Source of the DNA: Nitrospirota bacterium
GTDB lineage: Bacteria; Nitrospirota; Nitrospiria; Nitrospirales; Nitrospiraceae
Reading direction: 5' to 3'
DNA length: 64,000 bases
Assembly: GCA_020027965.1 (NCBI GenBank)
Contig: JAHRHE010000001.1
Coordinates: forward strand, 3,704 to 67,703
Shown piece after piece: positions 16,445 to 26,077 of this stretch (position 1 is its first letter; the number at the start of each line of letters is the position of its first letter). The notes beneath the pieces were generated by a model. That model saw nothing but the letters and a program-made list of their open reading frames with translations. It ran no database searches and was not told the DNA's origin. The position numbers and the translations under genes were made by a program.

Positions 16445-17905
16445 GTGGCTTCTTCCAGACATGTAGCCATTGTCGGTGGTGGCATCACCGGGTTGGCGAC
16501 GGCCTTCGCGCTTCACGAGCAGGCCGCGCAGGCAGGCCTTCCCGTGAGCCTGACCCTGATCGATGCCGACCCTGCGTGGGGAGGCAAGATCGTCACCCAC
16601 CACGTCGGCGATCTGATCATTGAAGCCGGTCCCGACTCTTTTCTGTCGCAGAAGCCTTGGGCGATCGAGCTCTGCGCCAAGCTCGGACTGTCTGAGCAGC
16701 TCATCAACACCAATGTGCTCCAGAAGAAGACCTTCGTGTTCTCAAGAGGACGGTTGCGCGAGCTGCCCGAGGGGTTGGTGATCGTCGTGCCAACCAGGCT
16801 CGGACCGTTTCTCCGGAGTGGCCTGCTGTCCTGGCCAGGGCTGGTTCGCATGGCGATGGACCTGGTGATTCCGGCACGTCGCAGCGGAGGAGACGAATCA
16901 CTCGCCTCTTTCTTCAGGCGGCGGATCGGCCGTGAGGCGTTCGAGCGGGTGGTCGAGCCGTTGATGGCGGGCATTTATGCCGGTGACGCCGAACAGATGA
17001 GTCTCAGCGCGACCTTCCCGCGATTCAGGGAGCTGGAGCGTCGGCACGGCAGTCTGATTCGTGGCATGCTGGCAGCCCGTCATCTCCCAACCGGGCGCGA
17101 TCGCTCCGCTGGTCCCCCTCGAACGATGTTTGTGACGTTGCGAGAGGGCCTAGGAACGATGGTCGATGCCCTGGTGTCACGACTCAGCAAGAGCGGTGTC
17201 ACACTGATGCCGGGGCGGCGGGTGGTCGGACTGCGGGCGCGCTCCGGCCAACCAGCGAAGGGGACCAATGCCATTCGGCTTGAGGACGGCACCGCCGTGT
17301 CGGCTGACGCGGTCGTGCTGGCGACTCCGGCCTACGCGACGGCTGAGCTGGTCAGGCCATTGAATGACTCAGCGGCGGAGTTGCTCAAGGCGATCCCCTA
17401 CGCCTCCACCGCCACGATCTCCCTGGCCTATGAAGTTGGGGAGGTGGGATCTACAGTGAAGGGATTTGGGTTCGTGGTGCCGCGGGCCGAAGGTCGGGAT
17501 CTGCTCGCGGCGACCTGGAGCTCGATGAAGTGGCCGAACCGTGCACCTGCGACACGCACGTTGATCCGCTGCTACGTCGGAGGTATTGGGCGGGACGCCC
17601 TCCTGAAGCTTGATGACGGGCCGCTGGTCCGCCGGGTGCAGGAGGAACTCGCGAGCATGACCGGGCTGGCGGCAGAGCCAACCTATGTGGAGGTGAACCG
17701 TTGGGAGCGCGCGATGCCGCAGTATACGCTGGGCCATCTCCAGCGACTGGACGAAATACAGAAGTCGCTGGGCCCGTACCCGGGACTGTATCTCGCCGGT
17801 GCCGCCTACCATGGGATTGGCATCCCGGATTGCATTCGGGATGGAACTGAGACGGCCGCAGCAGTTCTGCGCGACTTCGCAGCCGGCAACCGGCCGCACG
17901 TCTGA
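16445..17905 (+). CDS. hemY: HemY-type protoporphyrinogen / coproporphyrinogen III oxidase
   Basis: 486 aa, GTG start. VAIVGGGITGLATA FAD motif and a C-terminal GAAYHGIGIPDCI motif. Confidence 0.85.
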   Translation: MASSRHVAIVGGGITGLATAFALHEQAAQAGLPVSLTLIDADPAWGGKIVTHHVGDLIIEAGPDSFLSQKPWAIELCAKLGLSEQLINTNVLQKKTFVFSRGRLRELPEGLVIVVPTRLGPFLRSGLLSWPGLVRMAMDLVIPARRSGGDESLASFFRRRIGREAFERVVEPLMAGIYAGDAEQMSLSATFPRFRELERRHGSLIRGMLAARHLPTGRDRSAGPPRTMFVTLREGLGTMVDALVSRLSKSGVTLMPGRRVVGLRARSGQPAKGTNAIRLEDGTAVSADAVVLATPAYATAELVRPLNDSAAELLKAIPYASTATISLAYEVGEVGSTVKGFGFVVPRAEGRDLLAATWSSMKWPNRAPATRTLIRCYVGGIGRDALLKLDDGPLVRRVQEELASMTGLAAEPTYVEVNRWERAMPQYTLGHLQRLDEIQKSLGPYPGLYLAGAAYHGIGIPDCIRDGTETAAAVLRDFAAGNRPHV

Positions 17906-18001
17906 GTGGGGCTTGCTAAAGGTCCGTGGGCGAAATATAGTAGCATCGGCCCCCGCGCCTCTCGCTTCGTGCCCCTGGCTATTTCTGGAGAGGAGATCCG
18001 C

Positions 18002-18604
18002 ATGGAAGTCATGCTCTGGGCACTCGCCCTTCTCGACTTGCTACTCGCGCTGCTCGCGCTGCGGATGTCGTCTACGCTCGGCGAGGAGATCAAGAAGCTG
18101 AAGCGCGAGCAGTATTATGCCGACAGCCGGCTCAAGCGGGTGGCCGAAGAGTTCAAGGAGGCGATTGAACCCCTTCGACTGCATCTGGCCAAGCTGGCGA
18201 CGGGTGGCTACGTTCCGCAGGAAGCGATCCTGGCCGGCCGTCTTTATATGGATGTGTCCGCGGAGGAGGCGCAACGGGTCATGGAAAGTGAGGGGGGGCA
18301 GCACCCTGAGAAGGTGCTGTTGGTCGATGTCAGGACTCCGCGAGAGTACGCGGCGAAGCGGGTGGTGGGGGCCAAGCTGGTGCCGTTTGACGAGTTAGAG
18401 AAGCGGTATAAGACAGAGATTCCGGAGACCGCCGAAAAGGTGTTCGTCTACTGTATGAGCGGCGAGCGGAGCCGGTCCGCGTGTGATTTCCTCAGCCGGC
18501 AGGGCTATTCCAATCTCTATCACGTGCGGGATGGGTTCCAGGGCTGGCGGGGTCCGACCGAAGGCGAAGGCGAGCTGAAGTTCATTCAAATTCAACCCAG
18601 GTAG
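18002..18604 (+). CDS. membrane-anchored rhodanese-domain protein
   Basis: Start at MEVMLWALALLDLLLALLAL (TM), then a coiled segment, then rhodanese LLVDVRTPREY...VYCMSGERSRSACDFL (active-site Cys loop). Confidence 0.7.
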   Translation: MEVMLWALALLDLLLALLALRMSSTLGEEIKKLKREQYYADSRLKRVAEEFKEAIEPLRLHLAKLATGGYVPQEAILAGRLYMDVSAEEAQRVMESEGGQHPEKVLLVDVRTPREYAAKRVVGAKLVPFDELEKRYKTEIPETAEKVFVYCMSGERSRSACDFLSRQGYSNLYHVRDGFQGWRGPTEGEGELKFIQIQPR

Positions 18605-18616
18605 CGCTGGGTGCAT

Positions 18617-18777
18617 GGCGTGATCCGTTACGCGTGATGCGTGGGGGGATCGTGGTTAGTGGGCAGCGAACACTGGTCAGTGGTCAGGGGAAAGTGGTTG
18701 GGGGTTGGTGGTCGGTGGGTAGGTAAGAGATGGAAGCACTGAGAACAGACGACTGAGAAGAGAGAACTGAACAGTAA
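18617..18777. repeat. 23 consecutive heptamers in strict register (CGTGA -> GTGGT -> ACTGA words)
   Basis: Hand-registered: ggcgtga tccgtta cgcgtga tgcgtgg ggggatc gtggtta gtgggca gcgaaca ctggtca gtggtca ggggaaa gtggttg ggggttg gtggtcg gtgggta ggtaaga gatggaa gcactga gaacaga cgactga gaagaga gaactga acagtaa. Confidence 0.9.
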
Positions 18778-18780
18778 GAA

Positions 18781-19188
18781 ATGGGCAAGCCCTTTGCCAT
18801 CCTCAATGTGAGCGGCCCCTATCGGGAACCACGTGAGCCCGTCTTTTCGTACGACTATGCGGTCCAGCGGCCCAACTGGCCTAACCCGAACGCTGTTCGG
18901 GTCAAGGTCTCGATCCAGGATGAACTGGACCACCTCCGGACCAAACTGCTGGGCGTCAGCGGGGGCAGCCCAGGACAACAAATGCGCGTCAATCAGTTGT
19001 TGTCACGACGGATCGCCGACCAAAAGATCCACATCGCCAACGACGAGGGGATGTTCGATGAACGGCTCGAGGCGTTGGTTAACCCCTTCACCGGTCCGCT
19101 CGCCCATTTGTTCGTCAAGCTGGAAGCATGGATGAACGAGACGAGACCGGTCCTTCGACAAGAGATCAAAGATCAGGTGGGCTTGTAA
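18781..19188 (+). CDS. hypothetical protein (135 aa)
   Basis: ORF with coding-like composition. No SD; the heptamer tract ends 3 nt before the ATG. Confidence 0.5.
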   Translation: MGKPFAILNVSGPYREPREPVFSYDYAVQRPNWPNPNAVRVKVSIQDELDHLRTKLLGVSGGSPGQQMRVNQLLSRRIADQKIHIANDEGMFDERLEALVNPFTGPLAHLFVKLEAWMNETRPVLRQEIKDQVGL

Positions 19189-19300
19189 TCCTCCCGCTCC
19201 GCAGCGGACCTCTCCTCGCAACCCGTGTTGAGATCGGATCGAGCGCGTTCCGGTGATCACTTCAGCGAAGTCTGCCGGAGTTCGTCGCTACCCACTGGTC

Positions 19301-19503
19301 CTGCCGACTCACCGGCTTTCGTAAACCGGGTGCCCGCGCGGCGGGTGAATGGATATTCCTCTAGTCGTGCCTGCCCTGCCGGCTCACCGGCTCGGCGGCT
19401 TGCGCAAACGTGAGGCCGGGGACCCGTTGCTCTGTCGTTGCAACGGGTGGATCGTCGCGCCGACCCTGCCGCCTCACCGACTCGGCGGCTTGTGCAAACG
19501 TGA
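19301..19503. repeat. three dispersed copies of a ~38-nt GC-rich repeat plus a 9-bp-stem hairpin
   Basis: 19376-19413 and 19466-19503 match at 35/38 (ctgccgSctcaccgRctcggcggcttgYgcaaacgtga). Partial copy at 19301-19318. Hairpin acccgttgc/gcaacgggt at 19421-19448. Confidence 0.8.
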
Positions 19504-19828
19504 CCCTCGTTATTCCTCGGGTCGCACAACCCACAGAATCTGTGGACAAGGTTGTGGAAAACCCAGGCGTGAGGGCAGATTTTGGGCGCCAGTTGCGCCG
19601 CTCTTCAACATGCTCAGGTTTTAGGCATTGGGGTGATCAGCTTGGACCCCACAATATCTTGTAGATTAGTAGAATTCATTCGGTGATAGGGGGTGGGGCT
19701 GGGTAGAGCCTGTGTAAAAACCTTAGGGCATGACCGATAACAGACCGGGACATGACGCACGCGATACTCACTAGTCGTCATTCGGTATCGAAGTTTTGCG
19801 AGGGTGGAGGTGAGCGGTTGTGACCGAC

Positions 19829-20473
19829 CTAAAAGATGCGGCGGTAGTGTTTCGAGTGGACCCCGGATTCATCCGCAAACCCCAATGAGGCCTTATCAGG
19901 CTCTGCCGTGTCATTCAGGTCGATCCGGTAGTGCCCTCGCACGTGTTCCATGGTGGTCTCGAACGGAATTGCCTGGGGATAGAACTCTCCCGGCGCATGG
20001 GCTCCTCGAGCGAGCACGCGGACCGCCTCCGGGTTGCTGAACTCATGCTGTGAAAATACGTATATATCCGCAACGGCATGGTCGCCGAGTTTGTGTCCCG
20101 GCGTGGTAGGTGGAAGCAGGGTGGACAGGGTGTGGGTCAGGCGGGCGGCATGAAAGCGCTTGAGCAATCCGATGATCTGGCTGTTGGTAGCTTGCGAAGG
20201 TACGAGGACGATGATGGCGTTCACCTCGGGGATCGTACCCTTGACCTTGAAGATCACTGGAGCCGAGTCCGGTTCGTCGGCGACGGTTGTCTGGACGCTG
20301 TCCGACATGGTGGCGGGACGATTCTTCCCACTCGGGATATAGAGCCACATGAGCAGCCAGAGTCCCAGAATGACGCCCACGATCACAACGAACGGATGCG
20401 CCCCGGCGCGTTTCCCCTCTTCGTAAGGGGCTTGTTCAGGCTGGCCGGCCTGGTTGGTTTCTTCGCTCCCCAT
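19829..20473 (-). CDS. hypothetical single-pass membrane protein
   Basis: 214 aa. TM helix HPFVVIVGVILGLWLLMWLYI. No family recognised. Confidence 0.55.
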   Translation of the reverse strand: MGSEETNQAGQPEQAPYEEGKRAGAHPFVVIVGVILGLWLLMWLYIPSGKNRPATMSDSVQTTVADEPDSAPVIFKVKGTIPEVNAIIVLVPSQATNSQIIGLLKRFHAARLTHTLSTLLPPTTPGHKLGDHAVADIYVFSQHEFSNPEAVRVLARGAHAPGEFYPQAIPFETTMEHVRGHYRIDLNDTAEPDKASLGFADESGVHSKHYRRIF

Positions 20474-20686
20474 GGTCTTTCACTTCGTCTGAGGTCGTTA
20501 ACCGTTCATCACAAGAGACCGCCACGCTTCACGCTTGCCCTGAGCCACGTGGTTCGACCCATCGACAAGCTCAGGGTCCCGAGGAGGATCGAGGGACAGG
20601 CTCGCCACCCCGAGTTCTGTCGTTCGACCCAGAGGCTCTCGACGGGTCGAGGGGTCGAAGGGAATCACGCTTCTTGCGGGCAGGGC

Positions 20687-21547
20687 CTAGCCCTGCCTCT
20701 TCGCCTCTTCCCATAACGCCTCCATTTCCGCCAACGTCATGTCCTCCAACGCCTGTCCGCGGCTGGCCCCTTGCGTCTCGATGTACGAGAACCGTTCGGT
20801 AAACCGGTTGATGGCCTTGCGCAAGGCCTCCTCCGGATTGACCTTGAAGAAGCGAGCCAGGTTGACCAGAGCAAACAAGATGTCGCCAAACTCGTCCTCC
20901 AGGCGAGCCCGAGTCTCCTCACCGGCGGTGTCGGTTGAGGTGGACGAGCGACCCGGCAGGATGTCCGATAACACAGGGGTGAGGACCTCACGCAGCTCGC
21001 GGACCTCCTCCTCGACCTTCGCGATCACCTGTTCGAGGCCCTGGTCGCTGTGCGGCCAGTCGAAGCCAACTCGGGAGGCCCTTGCCTGGACCTGGAACGC
21101 CCGCAGCAGGGCAGGAAGCGTCTTGGGCACGCCGTCCAGGACGGATCCCTGCTGGCCGGTCTGTTGACGTTCGTTCCGTTTGATCTCTTCCCAGCGGCCC
21201 AAGACCTCTTCGGCATTGGCCGGCCGGTTTTTTTCATCCCGGCTCCCAAAGACGTGCGGATGTCGGCGGACCAGCTTCTCCGCCAAACGTTGCATGACCT
21301 CATCGATCGTGAAGGTGCCCTTTTCAGCGCCGATCTGGGCGTGAAACAGGATCTGAAGGAGGAGATCACCCAATTCTTCCCTCAAATGCTCTGAATGCCC
21401 GCGATCGATCGTCTCCAGCACCTCATACGCTTCCTCCACCAGGTAGGGTTTGAGTGACTCGTGGGTCTGTTTCCGGTCCCAGGGACACCCATCCGGAGCC
21501 CGAAGCCTGGCCATCAACCGCACGAGTGCATCAAATTGTTCGGACAT
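20687..21547 (-). CDS. mazG: nucleoside triphosphate pyrophosphohydrolase MazG
   Basis: Start chosen at MSEQFDALVRLMARLRAPDGCPWDRKQTHESL. EEAYEV...ELGDLL motifs, tandem MazG domains. Confidence 0.85.
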   Translation of the reverse strand: MSEQFDALVRLMARLRAPDGCPWDRKQTHESLKPYLVEEAYEVLETIDRGHSEHLREELGDLLLQILFHAQIGAEKGTFTIDEVMQRLAEKLVRRHPHVFGSRDEKNRPANAEEVLGRWEEIKRNERQQTGQQGSVLDGVPKTLPALLRAFQVQARASRVGFDWPHSDQGLEQVIAKVEEEVRELREVLTPVLSDILPGRSSTSTDTAGEETRARLEDEFGDILFALVNLARFFKVNPEEALRKAINRFTERFSYIETQGASRGQALEDMTLAEMEALWEEAKRQG

Positions 21548-21769
21548 GTTTTCTCTACCCAAGCCAACCGAGTCGGTTGCCACACCCTATTGCCAAGAAC
21601 TACATCGATCCATTGCAGTGAAAGAGCAGCGGGTACCCCGCGGCCTGGCCGTGCGCCCCGCGCGCCACATTATACTCGTTTCTTGGCTGGCTTCAATCCG
21701 GCGTCGGCTTGCGCCGCAAATTGATAGTATGCTAACGTACGCGTGCACACAGGAAGTTGAGGAACGCGT

Positions 21770-22210
21770 ATGAGCGGCACGGAAGAGAAGGGCTTCGTCA
21801 TCCGGGATCGTCGTTCGCGTACCGACGAGCCGGGATCGTCTACAGAGGACTCCGCATCAGCCACCAGGACCCAGCAGCCGGGTGACGCGGTGTCCTCCAA
21901 TGCGGATCGCTCCCAGTCAGAAGAGATTCCACTGACCTTCTCCTCGTTTGTGTTCTCACTCGGCACCTCCGCGCTGATGTTCATGGGTGAGCAACTGGAT
22001 CCAAAGCAGCCCAAAGTGCCGGTCAATCTGTCGCAGGCCAAAGAGATCATCAACATCCTTTCCATGCTGGATGAGAAGACCCGGGGCAACCTCACCTCCG
22101 AGGAAAAATCGGTGCTGAGTGACATGCTGTACGCTCTGCGGATGAAGTACGTGGATCTGGCGTCACCACCCGCGGGGCCGGGTACCAGGCAGGCGACCAA
22201 ATCGCCGTGA
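21770..22210 (+). CDS. DUF1844-like protein
   Basis: 146 aa. LTFSSFVFSLGTSALMFMGE...NLSQAKEIINILSMLDEKTRGNL resembles DUF1844. Confidence 0.55.
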   Translation: MSGTEEKGFVIRDRRSRTDEPGSSTEDSASATRTQQPGDAVSSNADRSQSEEIPLTFSSFVFSLGTSALMFMGEQLDPKQPKVPVNLSQAKEIINILSMLDEKTRGNLTSEEKSVLSDMLYALRMKYVDLASPPAGPGTRQATKSP

Positions 22211-22319
22211 CATGACTCCTACTCGGCCGCCAGTCGCTCCTCGCGAGTTCCGGTCCAGCCCGTAGATCGTGTTGGTCGGTCCAGCGTCAGCAGCCGGTTG
22301 AGCGAGCGGCCGTCATCAT

Positions 22320-23696
22320 GTGCCGCCTTGCCCGCACCATGGTTACCGGAGTGGGGTTCGGTTGCGGACCAGAGATGTCACAAAACTGATCGCTGCCGGC
22401 GCCGCGCTCGGAATGGTCTGCCTGGCCTTTGCCTGGCTGACCTCGGACCAAGGAATCCCTGCGCCATTTCGCGTCGAGACTGTGCTGTCTAATCCGGTCT
22501 CGGCTTCGGTGCCGGCGGTACACCGCGAGCCGGCCGGGCTACCAGAATCTGCATCAAATACGCGGCTCACCCCACCCATCGCCATCGAGATGTCTCTTCA
22601 GCCAGCCTCGACGACGAGCAACCCGGCGGTGGAGGCCAAGCGCCGCGCGCGCGAGTCTGCCAGCGCTCGGGCCAGAACGGGGTGGCACTTGATGGAGACC
22701 GGTGACTACCGAGGTGCGGCGCAGGCCTTCTCGGAAGCCGCGGGACTCGCGCCGGAAGAACCGTTGTTTCTTGTCGGGCTTGGGTTCAGTCGTCATCGGC
22801 TGTCCCAGAACGATCTGGCGGTCTCCGCCCTTCAGCGTGCCATCCAACTCGACCCCAACGCTCATCAGGCTCACAAGCTACTGGGTGATATTTATCTGCA
22901 GTGGCGCGAACTGGAGACCGCGATCCATCATTACGAAGTGGCCGGACGTCTGGACCCCAATGATGTTACCCTTCAGACGAGTCTCCGCGCGGTTCGTCAC
23001 GAATGGGAGGAGGAGGCTGGATTCGATCGTCTGTTCACTCCCCACTTCCTGGTGAAGTTCCATGGCGTGCCTGGTCGCACTGCAGCCAATCTTGTGGCAG
23101 GGCCTCTTGAGGCCGTCTATGACAGCATGGGACAAGTCTTTTCCTACTTTCCGAATGGCCCGTTCACGGTGATTCTCTATCCCGACCGGCGATTCCGGGA
23201 GGTCACGCTCAGCCCGAATTGGGCGGGCGGCTTCTTCGACGGACGGATTCTTCTCTCGCTGGAGCGGTTGCCCCGCAACCGGGCCTCGCTCGACGCCGTC
23301 CTGCGGCATGAATACGTCCATGCCGTGGTGTACCGGTTGAGCAGGGGGCAAGCCCCGACGTGGTTGGATGAAGGATTGGCGTTGTATCTGGGGGGAGGCA
23401 ATCGATCACGCGATCTCGGCCTGCTGGCGCGTCATGGAGAGCAGGTGGCATCCCTCCAGGCGCTGCACGGTAGTTTCCTTGATTTTCCTCCACGGATGGC
23501 AGAAATGGCTTACGCCGAGAGTTACGGAGCGACCCGGATGCTGGTTCAACGGTACGGACTCCGTCGCGTGCGCCAGTTGCTGGAGACCCTGTCGGTAGAG
23601 CCGGATTTCTCCGCAAGCTTTGCAACAGTGCTAGGGGTTCGCTATCGGGACTTCGACGCAGCCTGGATGGCCCAGCAGATCGGAGCAAGGTCCTGA
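22320..23696 (+). CDS. TPR-repeat protein with C-terminal peptidase-MA-like (HExxH) domain
   Basis: 458-aa ORF (an alternative TTG start near 22362 is possible). TPR repeats (AAQAFSEAAGLAPEEP..., AHKLLGDIYLQ...), LRHEYVHAVV zinc motif. Confidence 0.65.
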   Translation: MPPCPHHGYRSGVRLRTRDVTKLIAAGAALGMVCLAFAWLTSDQGIPAPFRVETVLSNPVSASVPAVHREPAGLPESASNTRLTPPIAIEMSLQPASTTSNPAVEAKRRARESASARARTGWHLMETGDYRGAAQAFSEAAGLAPEEPLFLVGLGFSRHRLSQNDLAVSALQRAIQLDPNAHQAHKLLGDIYLQWRELETAIHHYEVAGRLDPNDVTLQTSLRAVRHEWEEEAGFDRLFTPHFLVKFHGVPGRTAANLVAGPLEAVYDSMGQVFSYFPNGPFTVILYPDRRFREVTLSPNWAGGFFDGRILLSLERLPRNRASLDAVLRHEYVHAVVYRLSRGQAPTWLDEGLALYLGGGNRSRDLGLLARHGEQVASLQALHGSFLDFPPRMAEMAYAESYGATRMLVQRYGLRRVRQLLETLSVEPDFSASFATVLGVRYRDFDAAWMAQQIGARS

Positions 23697-26071
23697 TGCC
23701 TGAGCGATTTGATCTTCCCGAACCGAACGTGAAGCGTCTCAGCCCCGCCAGGCCGCTCGCCGGGGTGCCGGCAACGACCAAGAGCCTCCAGAAGGAAGGG
23801 CCGCTTCAGGGTAACGCCGTTCGCCAGGACGATGAAGTCACTGCAGAATTTGATCGTCGCGGGTTGCACTGGCGGCCGGTCTGGACGGTGTTGCTGTTGC
23901 TCGTGCCCTGCCTCGCCCTCACCGTCTATTATCTCTTCTCTTCCCAGGTCATCACGCCCGGCAGCAGCGAGTCGGAATCGTTGCTGCCGAGTGCGAGCTA
24001 CGCGTTCGTCCTGCTCCTCCTCAATCTGGATCTCATCGGACTGGTGGTCCTGAGCCTGCTGTTGTCCCGCAGCCTGATCAAGGCGTACTTCGAACGACGG
24101 CACCGCCTGATGGGATCAGGTTTCCGAGCCAAGCTGGTCGCTGCGTTTATCGGCTTTTCGTTGATTCCGACCGTGCTGCTGGCGCTCGCGGCCAGCGGCA
24201 TCGTGAACAAGGCCGTGGATGTCTGGTTTAACGATCAGGTCGAGAAGGTGCTCAAGGATTCTCATGAAGTGGCTCGCATGTTTCGTGAAGGGCACCTTGC
24301 ATTGGCGATGAACAGTGCTCGAGCGATCAGCCGCGAGATCTTCCGGGAGGACCTGTTGACCCCGTTGCAGCGTGATCTCCTCGTCGCCGCCATGGCCAGA
24401 AAGCGGGCCGAGCACAACCTTGCCGGAGTCACGGTGTTTTCTTCGAAGATGGAAATCCTGACCAAGGCGCTGGATCCGACCGTACCGGCCACGGTGCTCG
24501 ATCTGCCCAGTGGGCAACTGGTGTTGCAGGTGTTGAGCGGGAACAAGGAACTCTCCTCGGTGCAGGAGGCTCAGAGCGGCCGTCTCGTCCGTGCAGGGGT
24601 CGCCATCACATCGAATTCCCGGCGGGGGGAAGTGGGCGGGGTGGTGGTGGTGGATGACTATGTGCCGGAGTCTCTGCTTGCCAAGATGGAGGGCATTGAG
24701 AAGCAGTACACGGAATACCGACAGATCAAAGCGATGAAGAATCCGATCAAAGCCGGAGCCTATTTGTTCGTCGCCGTGATTACGGTCATGATTCTCTTCG
24801 GGGCTACCTGGTTCGGTTTCTATGTGGCGCGTGGCATCACGGTTCCGATCCAGCGATTGGCCGAAGGGACCGAGGCGGTCGCGCACGGTGATCTGAACGT
24901 GAAGATCAAGGTCAAGGCGACGGATGAGATCGGCACGCTGGTGGATTCCTTCAACCGGATGACGGAGGACCTGAAGTCGAGCAAGTCGAAGGTGGAGGAG
25001 GCCAATATATCGCTCCGGCAGTCAAACTTGGAGCTGGATCGTCGCCGCGCCTATACCCAGGCCGTGGTGGACACGATTGCGTCCGGGGTGCTCTCGATAG
25101 ACCGGGCCGGTATAGTCACCACGGTCAACCCTTCGGCGGAGCGTATTCTGGGCGTGTCCGGCGAGCGGCTCCGAGGCCGGCCGGTCGCCGAGGCCTTCAA
25201 GGAGTTGGGACTGGACCTCTTCCAGAATGCCTACGACAAGATGCTGGCCGAACGGATGGACAGCGTATCGCTGGACGGCACGATGGAGGTCGGGGATAAG
25301 TTTCTGACCATCGGACTGCACTTGTCGCACATGCGCAATGAGGCCGGCCGCGATCTCGGTTATGTGCTGGTCTTCGAGGATCTCACAGAATTGATCAAGG
25401 CACAGAAAGTCGCCGCCTGGCAGGAGGTGGCCCAGCGGATTGCGCACGAAATCAAGAATCCGCTGACCCCGATTCAACTGTCGGCCCAACGGCTGAGAAA
25501 GAAGTTCTTCGAAAAGTCCCCCGACTTTGACGGCGTCTTCGAGGAGTCCACCAGCGTAATCGTCAACGAGGTCGGCAGCCTCAAGCGAATGGTGGACGAA
25601 TTCTCGAAGTTCGCGCGCATGCCGGCACCCCAGCTGGCGCGAGAGTCGCTGGCCGAGGTGATCCAAGAGGTCGTGGCGCTCTATCGTGGCGCTCACCGGG
25701 ACGTGGAGTTTCTCGTGGATCTGGATGAGACGCTTCCTCCGGTGAACCTGGATCGCGAGCAAATCAAGCGCGTGCTCGTCAATCTCTTCGACAACGCCAT
25801 CCAGGCGATGAATCAGAAGGGGCGGCTCTGGATTACGAGCACCTTTGATACGCGGTTGCGCCGCGCTCTGGTCAGCGTGGCCGACGAAGGGGTGGGGATC
25901 AGTCCGGAGGACCAGGAGCGAGTTTTTGTCCCGTTCTTTTCCAAAAGGAGGACCGGCACCGGACTCGGCCTGGCGATCGTCCACCGGATCATCACGGATC
26001 ATGAAGGCCAGATCCGGGCCAGCAGCAACAAACCCAAGGGGGCGATCTTCACGTTTGAACTACCGGTGTAG
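23696..26071 (+). CDS. ntrY: NtrY-like sensor histidine kinase (TM-HAMP-PAS-HisKA-HATPase)
   Basis: 791 aa. H-box AHEIKNPLTPI, N-box LFDNAIQAM, G-boxes DEGVGI / GTGLGLAIV. ATGA overlap with the upstream gene. Confidence 0.8.
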   Translation: MPERFDLPEPNVKRLSPARPLAGVPATTKSLQKEGPLQGNAVRQDDEVTAEFDRRGLHWRPVWTVLLLLVPCLALTVYYLFSSQVITPGSSESESLLPSASYAFVLLLLNLDLIGLVVLSLLLSRSLIKAYFERRHRLMGSGFRAKLVAAFIGFSLIPTVLLALAASGIVNKAVDVWFNDQVEKVLKDSHEVARMFREGHLALAMNSARAISREIFREDLLTPLQRDLLVAAMARKRAEHNLAGVTVFSSKMEILTKALDPTVPATVLDLPSGQLVLQVLSGNKELSSVQEAQSGRLVRAGVAITSNSRRGEVGGVVVVDDYVPESLLAKMEGIEKQYTEYRQIKAMKNPIKAGAYLFVAVITVMILFGATWFGFYVARGITVPIQRLAEGTEAVAHGDLNVKIKVKATDEIGTLVDSFNRMTEDLKSSKSKVEEANISLRQSNLELDRRRAYTQAVVDTIASGVLSIDRAGIVTTVNPSAERILGVSGERLRGRPVAEAFKELGLDLFQNAYDKMLAERMDSVSLDGTMEVGDKFLTIGLHLSHMRNEAGRDLGYVLVFEDLTELIKAQKVAAWQEVAQRIAHEIKNPLTPIQLSAQRLRKKFFEKSPDFDGVFEESTSVIVNEVGSLKRMVDEFSKFARMPAPQLARESLAEVIQEVVALYRGAHRDVEFLVDLDETLPPVNLDREQIKRVLVNLFDNAIQAMNQKGRLWITSTFDTRLRRALVSVADEGVGISPEDQERVFVPFFSKRRTGTGLGLAIVHRIITDHEGQIRASSNKPKGAIFTFELPV

Positions 26072-26077
26072 CAGAGC

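Noticed and set aside
19301-19503. Possible mini-CRISPR array (three similar ~38-nt repeats).
   Set aside because: Spacings are irregular (75 and 90 nt), the first copy is only partial, the copies are not identical, and no cas genes are present in the window.
19525-19570. DnaA-box-like words (tgtggacaa, ttgtggaaa) suggesting an origin of replication.
   Set aside because: Each has a mismatch to TGTGNATAA, only two are present, there is no dnaA/dnaN context, and no clear AT-rich unwinding repeats were identified by eye.
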